Positions 38,488-48,608 of a DNA stretch of 64,000 nt are shown piece by piece (within the stretch, counting starts at the first letter, position 1; each line of letters starts with the position of its first letter). Source of the DNA: a virus. Taxonomy: Duplodnaviria; Heunggongvirae; Uroviricota; Caudoviricetes. The DNA lies in the IMG/VR virus record IMGVR_UViG_2029527006_000005. One strand, 5' to 3'. The notes beneath the pieces were generated by a model. The model did not search any database. It was not told the DNA's origin and worked only from the letters and a program-made list of their open reading frames with translations. The position numbers and the translations under genes were made by a program.

Positions 38488-40701
38488 GATTTTCTGCCTC
38501 AAATAGTAGTTCTAATGCATTTTCATACATAGAATCGATAATGTTTAATGATAGTTCTGCTGGAATGAACTCAGACAAATCCAAATCCAAGTGCTGGTAA
38601 TCCAAATCAAAACCAATACTGTGCTTTCTAGCAATCTTTTCCAAATAGTCATACACTTCACACGCAGGTTTGATGTACTGGTGATCTGGAAGATTGTACA
38701 ACATAGTCATTTGGAAATGCTCATCTTCTGCAATATTACGATCCACTTCTAGTGATTCGTCCATGTACACAATTTTAGTACTGTGCATAGGTAGATACAT
38801 CCACGAAGGATATAAAATAGTTCTACCACCATAGTTTTGTAGATTACCGAATAATGAAGGTTGGTTGGTTTCTCTGTCTTCTAACATCAATCCAATTCCA
38901 TTAGTACCTTTCTTTGAAGTCAAGTACATTTCATAGCGACTTAATGGATGAGATAATCCTACAAAACATTCAGAGAACATGTTTTTGTACTTTTTAGATT
39001 CTTTTAGTTCAAATACATCAACAGCAGTATGGAACCGCCATTGATTGACTAATTCAAAAAAGAACAACATAGATTGTATATTTTTCATATTAATCCTTCT
39101 GGAATATCTAGGTTATCAAAATTCTCTTCCATGCCAATATCAATCATTGTGTTGGACATGTAGCATATTTTAGCTAAAGATGGACAGTACTTAGCAATAG
39201 CATCGTACATCTCTTGAGTACCGAAATTATAGATAGTATTCATTTGGAATACATACTCTTCATCAAAAGAATCCATCTTACGAGTTTCAATTGGCATCTC
39301 ATCAAAGTACGACCCAACATCTACTAAATGTGTAATGTCCACCATTTCACCTAATTTACCATACACAGTAAGTTTAGGATAGTATGTTTCATCTAATCGT
39401 ATTCTACTGTTCGGTGCTTTTGGTGAACTGCGAGAACAATCATAGATAGTAATAATCTCTCTACAAGTTTCTAAATTGTGAATACCAACTTTATAATGCG
39501 TAACATACGCTCGGTATGGACCAATTTGGTTATCAAAGAAATTGGATTCATTTTTATTACGATCATAAAGTTGTATTAAGTTAAACACTACTTCAACTAT
39601 ATTCATTTGGTCATCTCCAAAAACTCATAGGACAAGTTAGGCATGATACGTTGAGGTAGATTCCCAGAAACGAAACATTTGTGTTGCATCATCATTGGGC
39701 GAATCTTTTGTGCAAATTCGTAAAACGCCATAAGCTCATCAAGCTCTGGAAGAGAGCTAATGGCGGTACTCAACATGAAGTGGTTACCTTCTTCACATAC
39801 TTCATGGAAGGAATATTCCTCACATTCTTCACCAGCCCTCATCTTTATACGAACAAGTATATCATCTAAAAACTTTGGATTCAAGTGATATTTGATCATA
39901 CCACCCAAGCCAATGTAAATTTCCGATCTTTCTTTTGAGTCGTTTTTGAAATTCGATATCTCAAATCCATAATCTAACGTTTTATCACTGGCTGACCAAC
40001 CAGAGTACTCATACTCTTCAGTACGGTTACCACGTACATCATATGTACTCTCTGCGACATGAGAATGAGTCATTCCAAAGTCTTCATACTGTCTACGTTG
40101 CTTTACCTTTTTGTCTCTTAGATTGTACAAAGAATCAAAAGCATTAAGTACACTACGCTGTAAAGTTTTATAATCCCGCATATAAATTACTCCAGTACTC
40201 AAAGTCACCACCCTCATTTACAATCTTACGAACTAACGGAATAGGGTTTAACAACTTACCACGATAAGATCCATTAAATGAAATACCGTTTTCAATACAT
40301 TCAGTCATAGCTTGATATACTTGTTGAATTTCTTCAATATCAGTACTCAATTCAGCAAGTAAACTGTACTGAAAATATCCTTCCTCAGTGAGCAAATCTT
40401 CAGTACTAACTGTCATGTTGGTTCCACCAGTAACATACAAGGTAGTGCGGAAGTCTGTATTGTTGTTAGTAATGTACGCTCTTTTGGACGTAATGGCAAT
40501 ATAGTTACGTTCCATATAATGATTAAATGAACGATTCATCTTCATAGAGTAGCCATCGTTATACACTTCTAATTGACGACTATTCCTTTCCCATTTCCAC
40601 AACATATGGTTGTACTTGTACGCAATATCAAAATCGGAAACTTCTTCTTCTAACTCTTTGAATAGTTTAATTAAAGTACGGATATTTTCAAGATAATACA
40701 T
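38453..40701 (-). CDS. Four FQxS-motif family proteins (38453-39088, 39085-39606, 39603-40217, 40168-40701)
   Basis: EDEHFQMT, EEYVFQMN, EGNHFMLS, EEGYFQYS. Confidence 0.75.
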
Positions 40702-40707
40702 AGAACC

Positions 40708-41013
40708 TCACTTGTTCCAATCACTTCCCATAGATTCAATCTCTTCAGCGATATCATAGATCTCACTTAGAGTTGCTTTTACCCAAAACACAGTTGAACT
40801 GGAAATACTTTCATATCTGTGATTTCCAGAATACAAGAATACAGTATCTTGAGTACATTCTACAGTACTGTCACCAATGGTAACATGGTCTAATAAAGTA
40901 TATTCTTTACCTTCTGGTTTTTTGTACACAGAAGTGTTGTGATCAATATTAATAGCTTCTAGTTGAAACCACACATCATTTGGAACTGCTCTGATATTAT
41001 AACTCATATTCAC
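40708..41013 (-). CDS. Hypothetical protein
   Basis: 101-aa ORF. Confidence 0.65.
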   Translation of the reverse strand: MNMSYNIRAVPNDVWFQLEAINIDHNTSVYKKPEGKEYTLLDHVTIGDSTVECTQDTVFLYSGNHRYESISSSTVFWVKATLSEIYDIAEEIESMGSDWNK

Positions 41014-41057
41014 CTTCTATTAAAAAGAGTACACGACATGTGTCGTGTACATAATGA

Positions 41058-41789
41058 CTACATTAATGAAACCATTCCGAGAAGAATACTTTCATCAGGT
41101 CTTTGATATTTTTGTTTTTCTATTTTGAAGTAGAATGAATCAGCATCTTGTAAATCATAACGCTTTTTCAAACAACGAGTATAAGTACTGTTATTTGGAT
41201 GTACCCATTCGTACACCTGAACACCATCCTCATTATACCCATCAATACTTCTTCTGTTCCCTTCGTGCTTGTGGAAGTTCTTACTACGTTCAGTAAAAGT
41301 CTTTTCAGCAACACTATCAGGGAAATCGTATATGTATGGAACTTCTGTTAGTCTGAAGTAAAAGTATTTCTCATCTTCAGAGTAACCTAGAAGAACAGTT
41401 TCAGTACTAGTCACATTGTACTTCTCTTTACTCTTCTGTTCGTTTTCCATAATATCTTGTAGTACTTCTTTTAAAACAAGATCTGGTTCAGCATTAGGAT
41501 TGGATACCCCTGATACACGTCTTTCGATAATGAAATCAGTGAATCTCCTTTCTTCTTCTACTTCGCCATTCATATACATACCCACAAACTTGTCTTTATA
41601 TGACTTTACTGAGTACTGCATACCCTGTACTTCACTAAACACATCAGCCAATAGGTTAGCTTGTCCACACTGTACCCCTGACGAAGCCGCCGCAGTTGCG
41701 TATTCTGCCATGATTGGGTTTAGTGCTTGGAAACTAGCCATGTTTAACTCGTTTGCGAGTTCTTGTGCAAATTTAATTCGATCTAACAT
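41058..41789 (-). CDS. Hypothetical protein, possible PD-(D/E)xK nuclease
   Basis: AEY...LADV...QYSVKS resembles restriction-endonuclease motifs. Confidence 0.4.
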   Translation of the reverse strand: MLDRIKFAQELANELNMASFQALNPIMAEYATAAASSGVQCGQANLLADVFSEVQGMQYSVKSYKDKFVGMYMNGEVEEERRFTDFIIERRVSGVSNPNAEPDLVLKEVLQDIMENEQKSKEKYNVTSTETVLLGYSEDEKYFYFRLTEVPYIYDFPDSVAEKTFTERSKNFHKHEGNRRSIDGYNEDGVQVYEWVHPNNSTYTRCLKKRYDLQDADSFYFKIEKQKYQRPDESILLGMVSLM

Positions 41790-41821
41790 CGTTCACATTC
41801 CTTGTGATTAAATCTGCTTTA

Positions 41822-43040
41822 CTACTCCTTAATTCCATATTTTTGTCTTAAATCTTCTATCTCTAAATCCACAATACATCCCGAACTCTTCATCAGTACT
41901 TTATCGACATGTTCACTTAGTAGTAAAAGATGTAATGCATTCATCGCAATGACGTATAAGAATTCTGGAGTTTCGGTATCTATCATACTGTGCTGAAACA
42001 TTGATGCTTCATCAGCTAAATCTATAGTATTAGTACGACCTTTACTATCTTTGATAATAAATTCAGTACTTATATTTTCTATTTTAATAGTCCATTCGTT
42101 GGGACTAAAATATCCAAGGGATATTAAATTAATTCTTGGAGAACGGACCATACCCAAATGGAATGTCTCTAGACTTGCTAGATGTTCAGTATTACCATGC
42201 ATATAAGTACCAATACGCGGCGTAGTACTTTGTACGTAAAATGTTTCCGAAGCAATTTCACCATCAATACGATGGAAGGTTTTATGCGTTTTAGCATCTC
42301 TGGAATTCATCAATGCTAATGGATAGTTTATGTGGTTGAATGGTAGTTCAGGAAGTTCATCAGCTTTCATGCGACTAATCTCCATCATGTACTCAATGTT
42401 TTTTATCATTCTTCCAAAGTTAAGTCTAGCTGCTTGTTCTTGCGTCATATTCATCCCTCAAATTACGGATACCTAAATCGAATTTTAAAAAATTACACTT
42501 CAGGGTAAGTTTATTCACATTGTGAGATTTATGCAATAACTTTCTCATATTCTTTGCAATATCTAAAAGATACAACGGCACACCACCGACTACTGAGTAC
42601 TGAAAAACTTCTGCTTCATCATTAATATTGACAGTAGATGTTAATATATTATTAGCAGTTGAGATATGCTTGAGAACATAATGTGGTGACTCTTCTTCGA
42701 TAATGATATACAAATCCCGACTACATTCATTATAGATAATATAATTATCAAGTTCAAAGCGACTATCTTTATATGCAGTAGTCATATAACACACAGATGG
42801 GTTGTACATACTATCTTTTGGTTTGAAATTGACGTAGATGCTGGGTTCGGTTGCGTACATATAAGTTCTGCCTAATTTCGCTGAATCTTCCATTACCATC
42901 TGGTCTTCTATGATATTATAATTTGCGTTTTTAAACCCTAGATCCATCATATGGATACCTTTAGCACTCATCTCTAGCATAAAGTCCATAGAATTGATAA
43001 TATTAGTTGAATTCAAAAGGGTTGCTTCTTCTTGTGTCAT
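41822..43040 (-). CDS. Two related FQxS-family proteins (41822-42454, 42426-43040)
   Basis: Both start MTQExA.xLN; DEASMFQHS and DEAEVFQYS. Confidence 0.8.
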
Positions 43041-43086
43041 AAAGTCTCCAATTTTAGCTTAAAAGAAAACCCACATGTTAGTGGGT

Positions 43087-43239
43087 TTAGATATCTTTGT
43101 CAACAAGTCTTTCGTGAATTGTTTCATCACAAACACTACAGATAGTCTTTGCAATAACAATTCCACCATCTTGTCCTACACCATACGTACATATCGTATA
43201 TGCTAGTACTTCAACGTGACAGTACGGACAGTGTTTCAT
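43087..43239 (-). CDS. 50-aa zinc-ribbon protein
   Basis: Hand translation MKHCPYCHVEV...CSVCDETIHERLVDKDI. Confidence 0.6.
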   Translation of the reverse strand: MKHCPYCHVEVLAYTICTYGVGQDGGIVIAKTICSVCDETIHERLVDKDI

Positions 43240-43246
43240 TTCGCAA

Positions 43247-43462
43247 TCATCTTCCATCTTTAATCCTCGTTATTGATTCTTCAAGTAGATGCCAGAAGAA
43301 GCAACCACCGAATACCACAATGATACAACTAATGGCGTACAAGATATAAAAAGAACTAACTGGAATAATAGAAAGTACTACAAGGTAGAAGAACATAATC
43401 AAACAAATAACACAGATTGCAATTCTTCTAATAGCTATGCGAAGTCTATCTGATATACTCAT
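43247..43462 (-). CDS. Small 2-TM membrane protein
   Basis: Hydrophobic ORF. Confidence 0.65.
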   Translation of the reverse strand: MSISDRLRIAIRRIAICVICLIMFFYLVVLSIIPVSSFYILYAISCIIVVFGGCFFWHLLEESITRIKDGR

Positions 43463-44070
43463 AGGCTTAGTGCCTGAATTGTATTCACTTGAGTACGAAG
43501 GATGAACTTCAAGTTCTCATAAACAGAACGATTTGAGAAGTTCTCTTTGCAAAGGCGAATCATATCAAAGTAATAATCCTCAGTCTCTTTACAGTACTCA
43601 GAAAGTTTTTCTGCACTGAACACACCCGGTGCAGTACTGAGATTATGAACACGGTCAATAAGTTTCACAATACTACATACTTCACATGTACTCAATACAT
43701 TGAAATACTTCTGGTATCCACACTCACCTGATTTAAACTTAGCAAGACGATCACTGTACTGGAGTACATTAGGAAATAGCTCTAGAAGCTCCTGACGCTT
43801 CTCTGGGTAGTCTTCAATCACGTCATGGACCAAGATTGCCTTATACACATCAAGTGGTTTAGAAAGCTGCTGGTGGAACGTGAGAGCGAATGCAATCATC
43901 TCTAGCTGATGACTGAACTCACGTGAGCCATCTTTGCGAGTATACACATGAATGTTCTCGCAGAAGATTAGTAGTTTGCGAAGATCGTTATAGCCGGGAT
44001 CAGCTAGAGCCAACCCCTCGATGATGCCAAGTACTTTAGTGCGTAGTTTATCATAATCGGTTTTAGGCAT
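43459..44070 (-). CDS. HD-domain hydrolase, SpoT/Mesh1-like small alarmone hydrolase
   Basis: H..TRKDG...SH, LVHDVIED, VKLIDRVHNL. Confidence 0.8.
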   Translation of the reverse strand: MPKTDYDKLRTKVLGIIEGLALADPGYNDLRKLLIFCENIHVYTRKDGSREFSHQLEMIAFALTFHQQLSKPLDVYKAILVHDVIEDYPEKRQELLELFPNVLQYSDRLAKFKSGECGYQKYFNVLSTCEVCSIVKLIDRVHNLSTAPGVFSAEKLSEYCKETEDYYFDMIRLCKENFSNRSVYENLKFILRTQVNTIQALSL

Positions 44071-44072
44071 AA

Positions 44073-44690
44073 TTAGTCCTCGTCGTCATCATCATCGTCA
44101 TCGCCGTCCATATCAATTTCGATATACATATCATCGTCATCAATAATTTCAACAACAACCCCGTCTACCTTCATGTCTTTGAATATTACATCGTACTTTT
44201 CTTCAGAAGGAATTAGAATGAAGTCTGTAACATCTTCAATTGGTGGTAGTTTATCAAGATCAATGTCAGCACCAAGGGATTTTAGTTGGTTTAGTAGAGC
44301 CTCTTTGTACTCTTGGAATTTCTCTGGTGTTGGGAAGTCCATAATCATCTGAGCAATAATACCTTCGGAGCAACCGTAAGTAATACCAAGTTGACTATCT
44401 AATGCTACTTCAGCCCATAGAGGAACACGCATTTGACTCTGGATGTGTTCTAGTACTGCTTTAACTTTTTCATGACGATCACTATTAATGATGTAATCCA
44501 AGTTAAGTACTGTCATGTTCATATCTTCAATTGAACCTTCTTCTTCGAAAGCCCCGTAGTCATTGAAGACGTACTGCACATTATCAAAGTAATATGCTAC
44601 TGCAAAATCTTGGTCTTCACCCTTACCACGAATTGGACGTGGGGAGAAACCCATACGATGATAACGCATAAATGTATTGGTTGTAAACAC
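44073..44690 (-). CDS. Hypothetical protein with poly-Asp tail
   Basis: Ends DMDGDDDDDDED. Confidence 0.75.
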   Translation of the reverse strand: MFTTNTFMRYHRMGFSPRPIRGKGEDQDFAVAYYFDNVQYVFNDYGAFEEEGSIEDMNMTVLNLDYIINSDRHEKVKAVLEHIQSQMRVPLWAEVALDSQLGITYGCSEGIIAQMIMDFPTPEKFQEYKEALLNQLKSLGADIDLDKLPPIEDVTDFILIPSEEKYDVIFKDMKVDGVVVEIIDDDDMYIEIDMDGDDDDDDDED

Positions 44691-44699
44691 TGTTGCTCC

Positions 44700-45228
44700 T
44701 TAGTTCATACTACTGCATACATAGATTGTATTGTTTCCCAAGTACAACAAAGTCGCTTTAGGATATTCATATACCATATCGTCTGCTTCAAAATAACAGA
44801 AAGATACGGTTTCATCTTGTAGTGATTCAATTAGATTTTTAGTACTGCTACTCATGTTCTGAAGATATACATGAATGTATGTTAAACCTTCTAGTGCAGT
44901 GCACCTCTCTGGGATGATATTTCCATTAATTGTTATCATTGGTCATCCCCAAATAACTGGTTATATCGTCGTGACTCATTTCTTCATCACTCTCAATGTA
45001 GTTCATTAGAGAATCGATGGTTGAAAACAATTGAGCTAATTCATGAGCTTCCTCGCGAGTGTAAGAATAACCCATTGGAATCAAACTAGACTTCCATTCT
45101 CCCATACATTTGTGGGAAACGCAAGCAAAGATTTTCACTGCACCATTAAAAATACCAACATGACGGTAACCCGTCAATTCGTTGTCAGCCCAATGTACTG
45201 CTGGTGCTGGTCGTAATTCAAGTTCCAT
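44700..45228 (-). CDS. Two small hypothetical proteins (44700-44939, 44926-45228)
   Basis: Overlapping ORFs in the operon. Confidence 0.6.
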
Positions 45229-45229
45229 A

Positions 45230-45766
45230 TCATTTCCTCATATGCGATTGAACGCCACAGAACATATCATATTTTAAGTACTCATCATCTCCGGGTAAAC
45301 ATATCTTGAATGTACCGAAGTCATTGTTCAGTACTGACTGACGCATTAAGGTACTACTGTATATGCATCCAGTTCTGTCTGAACCTGCGAGTACTGTCTT
45401 GATGGAGTTAAAATTATAGTTCACTCCGTTATATTTGTCAAGTGTTTTTTGAAATGAATCAGTTCTATCACTTCCACCCACAAATACAATTTCTTCGTAC
45501 TCACCGTTTAGGCCATCCATGATATCAAACAAGTTTTTGACATTTTCATCTTGGATTGTGTTAGCAATTTCTGGGAAGAACTTTGAAATATAGAACTGAC
45601 GAAGTTCTCTTGGAAGTGGATTTCTTTCTGTATCTATTGTTGAACTCAAGAAGAGTTTAACATCGGTAGAAGCATTCTGCAAAGATAATGCTTGTTCGAA
45701 TACTTTACCGTGACCTAAGTGTACGGGATTCATTCTCCCGTACATAAACACACAAGTTTTAGACAT
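45230..45766 (-). CDS. Cytidylyltransferase-like (HxGH) nucleotidyltransferase
   Basis: GRMNPVHLGH, NPL, GGSDR, SSTLMR. Confidence 0.85.
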   Translation of the reverse strand: MSKTCVFMYGRMNPVHLGHGKVFEQALSLQNASTDVKLFLSSTIDTERNPLPRELRQFYISKFFPEIANTIQDENVKNLFDIMDGLNGEYEEIVFVGGSDRTDSFQKTLDKYNGVNYNFNSIKTVLAGSDRTGCIYSSTLMRQSVLNNDFGTFKICLPGDDEYLKYDMFCGVQSHMRK

Positions 45767-46286
45767 TTTTCATTACCAAACCTAAAGTTTTTAAGTACTG
45801 AACCTTTGCATCTGTTAAATTCCTATCAAGTACAATAATACAACTAGGGAAAGGTGCAGGGTTCTCCTTTTTAGTTACATCTCTATCAGGGTCAAAGAAC
45901 TTCAATCTTCCCTTAATAAAGCATATACAAGAACATTCTTTGGCTGCATAAAGTTGGAATGCTTTAGTATCAGTTCTAGAAGGAACTAGTATAACAACTG
46001 TGGCTCCCCTTTGATATGCATCAACTGCTTTGGTAAGCCATGTCTTAAGATCATCGTAAGGTGGGTTAAGCCAAACGATTTCAGTACCCCAATCCTGTAT
46101 TAGACTATTGTCTCCAGGAGTGTAGTACTTTTTACATAATGCACTATTGGGTAAACACGCTGCATCTAGTGTAAACTTCCAATGTGCATCTATGTCGCGA
46201 AATAACTCTCTTGGAGTATTCCATGTTTGAGATTCAGAAGAGTAATGTATACTCATATCTCTCTTTGCATTTCCTTTGCTACTCAT
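45759..46286 (-). CDS. Phage DNA N6-adenine methyltransferase (T1/HP1-type Dam family)
   Basis: WNTP, FTLDAAC, WLNPPY, LVPSRTD, GRLKF, APFPS. Confidence 0.9.
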   Translation of the reverse strand: MSSKGNAKRDMSIHYSSESQTWNTPRELFRDIDAHWKFTLDAACLPNSALCKKYYTPGDNSLIQDWGTEIVWLNPPYDDLKTWLTKAVDAYQRGATVVILVPSRTDTKAFQLYAAKECSCICFIKGRLKFFDPDRDVTKKENPAPFPSCIIVLDRNLTDAKVQYLKTLGLVMKNV

Positions 46287-46293
46287 AAAAATC

Positions 46294-46857
46294 CTATTTT
46301 AGACAGAACCTCATAATGTCATCAAATTCGGCACTATTGATTCTGTATTCGTCGTGAAGTTTAAAGTGGCTTCCATACAACATAAAGATGTTAAAAACTT
46401 CATCTTCAGCAAACTTGTATGTGTTAAATGATTCGTTATCTCCTTTAAATCCAATGAAGGACTTAATATCTTCAGTTACATCAGTACTGTTACTGTAGTA
46501 TAAAACCGTTTTTAACTCACCACTTATTGTATATTTCCTGTACTCACCTTGAACTCTGTTGTTATGGTCAGTATAATATACAGTATTGATATTCCCATTG
46601 TTATAGCGTTCCTCGCTATAACCACCATATTTCACAGAAAAAATGACAGGTTGTTGTGTAGGTCTAAAACTAATCTTTCCTACTTGCTTTCCTTCGTTGA
46701 ACTCAATAATATTACTGAGTTTATTGAAGTCCTTTGTAATTTTATATCCAGTAAAGTAATTCGGTACTTCGTTGTCATTGGGCTTGATAACTGTACCATC
46801 TTTCTGTTTATATGTTACTTCATTCATTGTCTGTGCTTCTCTTTTTGTTATGTACAA
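46294..46857 (-). CDS. Hypothetical protein with MORN-variant-like repeats
   Basis: YNNGNI...GEYRKY..SGELK; true start may be MNEVT at 46827. Confidence 0.6.
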   Translation of the reverse strand: MYITKREAQTMNEVTYKQKDGTVIKPNDNEVPNYFTGYKITKDFNKLSNIIEFNEGKQVGKISFRPTQQPVIFSVKYGGYSEERYNNGNINTVYYTDHNNRVQGEYRKYTISGELKTVLYYSNSTDVTEDIKSFIGFKGDNESFNTYKFAEDEVFNIFMLYGSHFKLHDEYRINSAEFDDIMRFCLK

Positions 46858-46862
46858 TCAAC

Positions 46863-47497
46863 GAATCATTTCACTTCGTTCTATGATTCAGAGAAAGAAT
46901 AATTCAAATACTCACTAGCGTTCGTATTTTAATATTCTTTTCATTGGATTGTACTTTAATTATTGACGAGGTTTGTTGATTCAATTTCATCCCCCCACAG
47001 GGAGGGAAGAAAAATATATTTGACGCTGGTGGTGTCATCATTTCATGTCACGAATTTCATATAAGAACGGAAGCGGGTTGCCCGGTTTCTTCCTATCGCG
47101 GTTCTATGCAACGGTCGTAGTCTTACTACACTAATACAATAACAACATGAACTGTTATTGTACTTATCACTCAAATTCTGGACGGAATAAGGGCTAGCCC
47201 TAAATTACGTCGCACTTGAATAAGGTGAATCCCTTATACATTATGGTAGGTGCGAATCCTATATGTCTATCGTGCCGTGAACACGCCAAGTCCTCTTGTA
47301 TTAATCGACTTGGTTTTAATAGCCGCATTGCCGTGGGTGGTACTAACTATGCCATCTCCTAACGGGTCTCATCTGCTATCGTACTGAATGAACTACTCAA
47401 CTGTCCTCTACATTTTCGAGTGAATCAGGTTATTTAAATTCCCCAGAACGGGGCCATTCAGAATTGAAAAGGGGTAAAGGACACACGCCTTTACCCC
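46863..47497 (-). ncRNA. Candidate large structured non-coding RNA (or R-loop origin transcript)
   Basis: About 630 bp with no credible ORF in a gene-dense genome, more than 10 hairpins, promoter at 47501-47529. Confidence 0.55.
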
Positions 47498-47500
47498 TAT

Positions 47501-47529
47501 ATTATATCACATTTTTGTCACTTTGTCTC
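47501..47529 (-). promoter_or_regulatory. Phage promoter GAGACA-N17-TATAAT
   Basis: Repeated motif; points into the non-coding region. Confidence 0.75.
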
Positions 47530-48411
47530 AGAAATCTGAGCCATAATTTTGTTATGAAAACGTTTATAGTTTTCAATCTCATAGTCTGAAATGAACTTCC
47601 TAGCACTCAAAAATAATGAGTGATCATCCATCCAGAACTGCATACACTTCATGAAAAAATCAACACGCATATGCCACGTTTCAGTACAGCCATGCTCATC
47701 ATCATCAAATACACGCTTCCCAGCGAACAAGTGCTCACTAGTACTGTATTCTTCATACACAGCATCGTCATCATTATAGTTCCGCTTACGTTGCCCTGCG
47801 AACTGCTGAGTGCGGTTAATGCAGTCTGAACCCATCTTGAAGTACTTCACGTACTCCCAAACCACGAACGGATAAACAGCATCGTGAATGTTCTTGTAAT
47901 GCTCACCATCAGGAACAATACTGTAATCAGGCCGTGCGTTCGTCAAGCCGTCATGCTGACTCTCAGAACTTATACCGAACTGGAAGAACCGACCTTCTTC
48001 ATCTTCACCACAAGCCTTACCATAACCATAACGATTATCACCATATCGACACGCTTCATATGCACCTTTAGCAATGCACATCTTACCGCTTTCCATGTTG
48101 TACGCTATGTAATCGTAATCGTAAACACCATCTAACATGTACTGAAACATTGCTTCATCTGGAACATCAATTAGTACTTTGTACTCATTACGATCTAAAT
48201 GACGACAGTACTTGGATATTTTATGTGAAGCTGTTTCTGTAAATGTCATAAGCTCATGTGGATGCATAGCAAAACTTGCACGGTCACTTACATAACCATA
48301 TGGTTCTGCTATACAATCTTCCTCATCACAATCATCTCGTAATGTGTTGAAATCAATTATTAACTGTAATTTCATATTAATCGAAGTTCCAAGATTCTTC
48401 TTCGAAGTCAC
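47518..48411 (-). CDS. Hypothetical protein
   Basis: Start probably MKLQL. Confidence 0.75.
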   Translation of the reverse strand: MTSKKNLGTSINMKLQLIIDFNTLRDDCDEEDCIAEPYGYVSDRASFAMHPHELMTFTETASHKISKYCRHLDRNEYKVLIDVPDEAMFQYMLDGVYDYDYIAYNMESGKMCIAKGAYEACRYGDNRYGYGKACGEDEEGRFFQFGISSESQHDGLTNARPDYSIVPDGEHYKNIHDAVYPFVVWEYVKYFKMGSDCINRTQQFAGQRKRNYNDDDAVYEEYSTSEHLFAGKRVFDDDEHGCTETWHMRVDFFMKCMQFWMDDHSLFLSARKFISDYEIENYKRFHNKIMAQISETK

Positions 48412-48598
48412 TTAGCATTTGTGCTAGTTCAGCCGCTTCACCAATACTAGCATCAAGCACTTCAAAGTCAATATTACAACCGTAATAACACTCTGATGCT
48501 TGCATTAGTTCATCATGAATCTCTTGTACAGATTTGTCTTTGTATAGGTTTAGATAGTGATCACCACTTTCAGATGTAATGTGTAATGCTACAATCAT
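48377..48598 (-). CDS. Small acidic hypothetical protein
   Basis: Start MIVAL after AGGAG. Confidence 0.65.
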   Translation of the reverse strand: MIVALHITSESGDHYLNLYKDKSVQEIHDELMQASECYYGCNIDFEVLDASIGEAAELAQMLSDFEEESWNFD

Positions 48599-48608
48599 AG
48601 TATATCTC

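Noticed and set aside
46863-47497. tRNA, tmRNA, CRISPR array or group I/II intron in the non-coding gap
   Set aside because: No cloverleaf or T-loop/CCA end, no regularly spaced repeats, no interrupted gene or recognisable intron core
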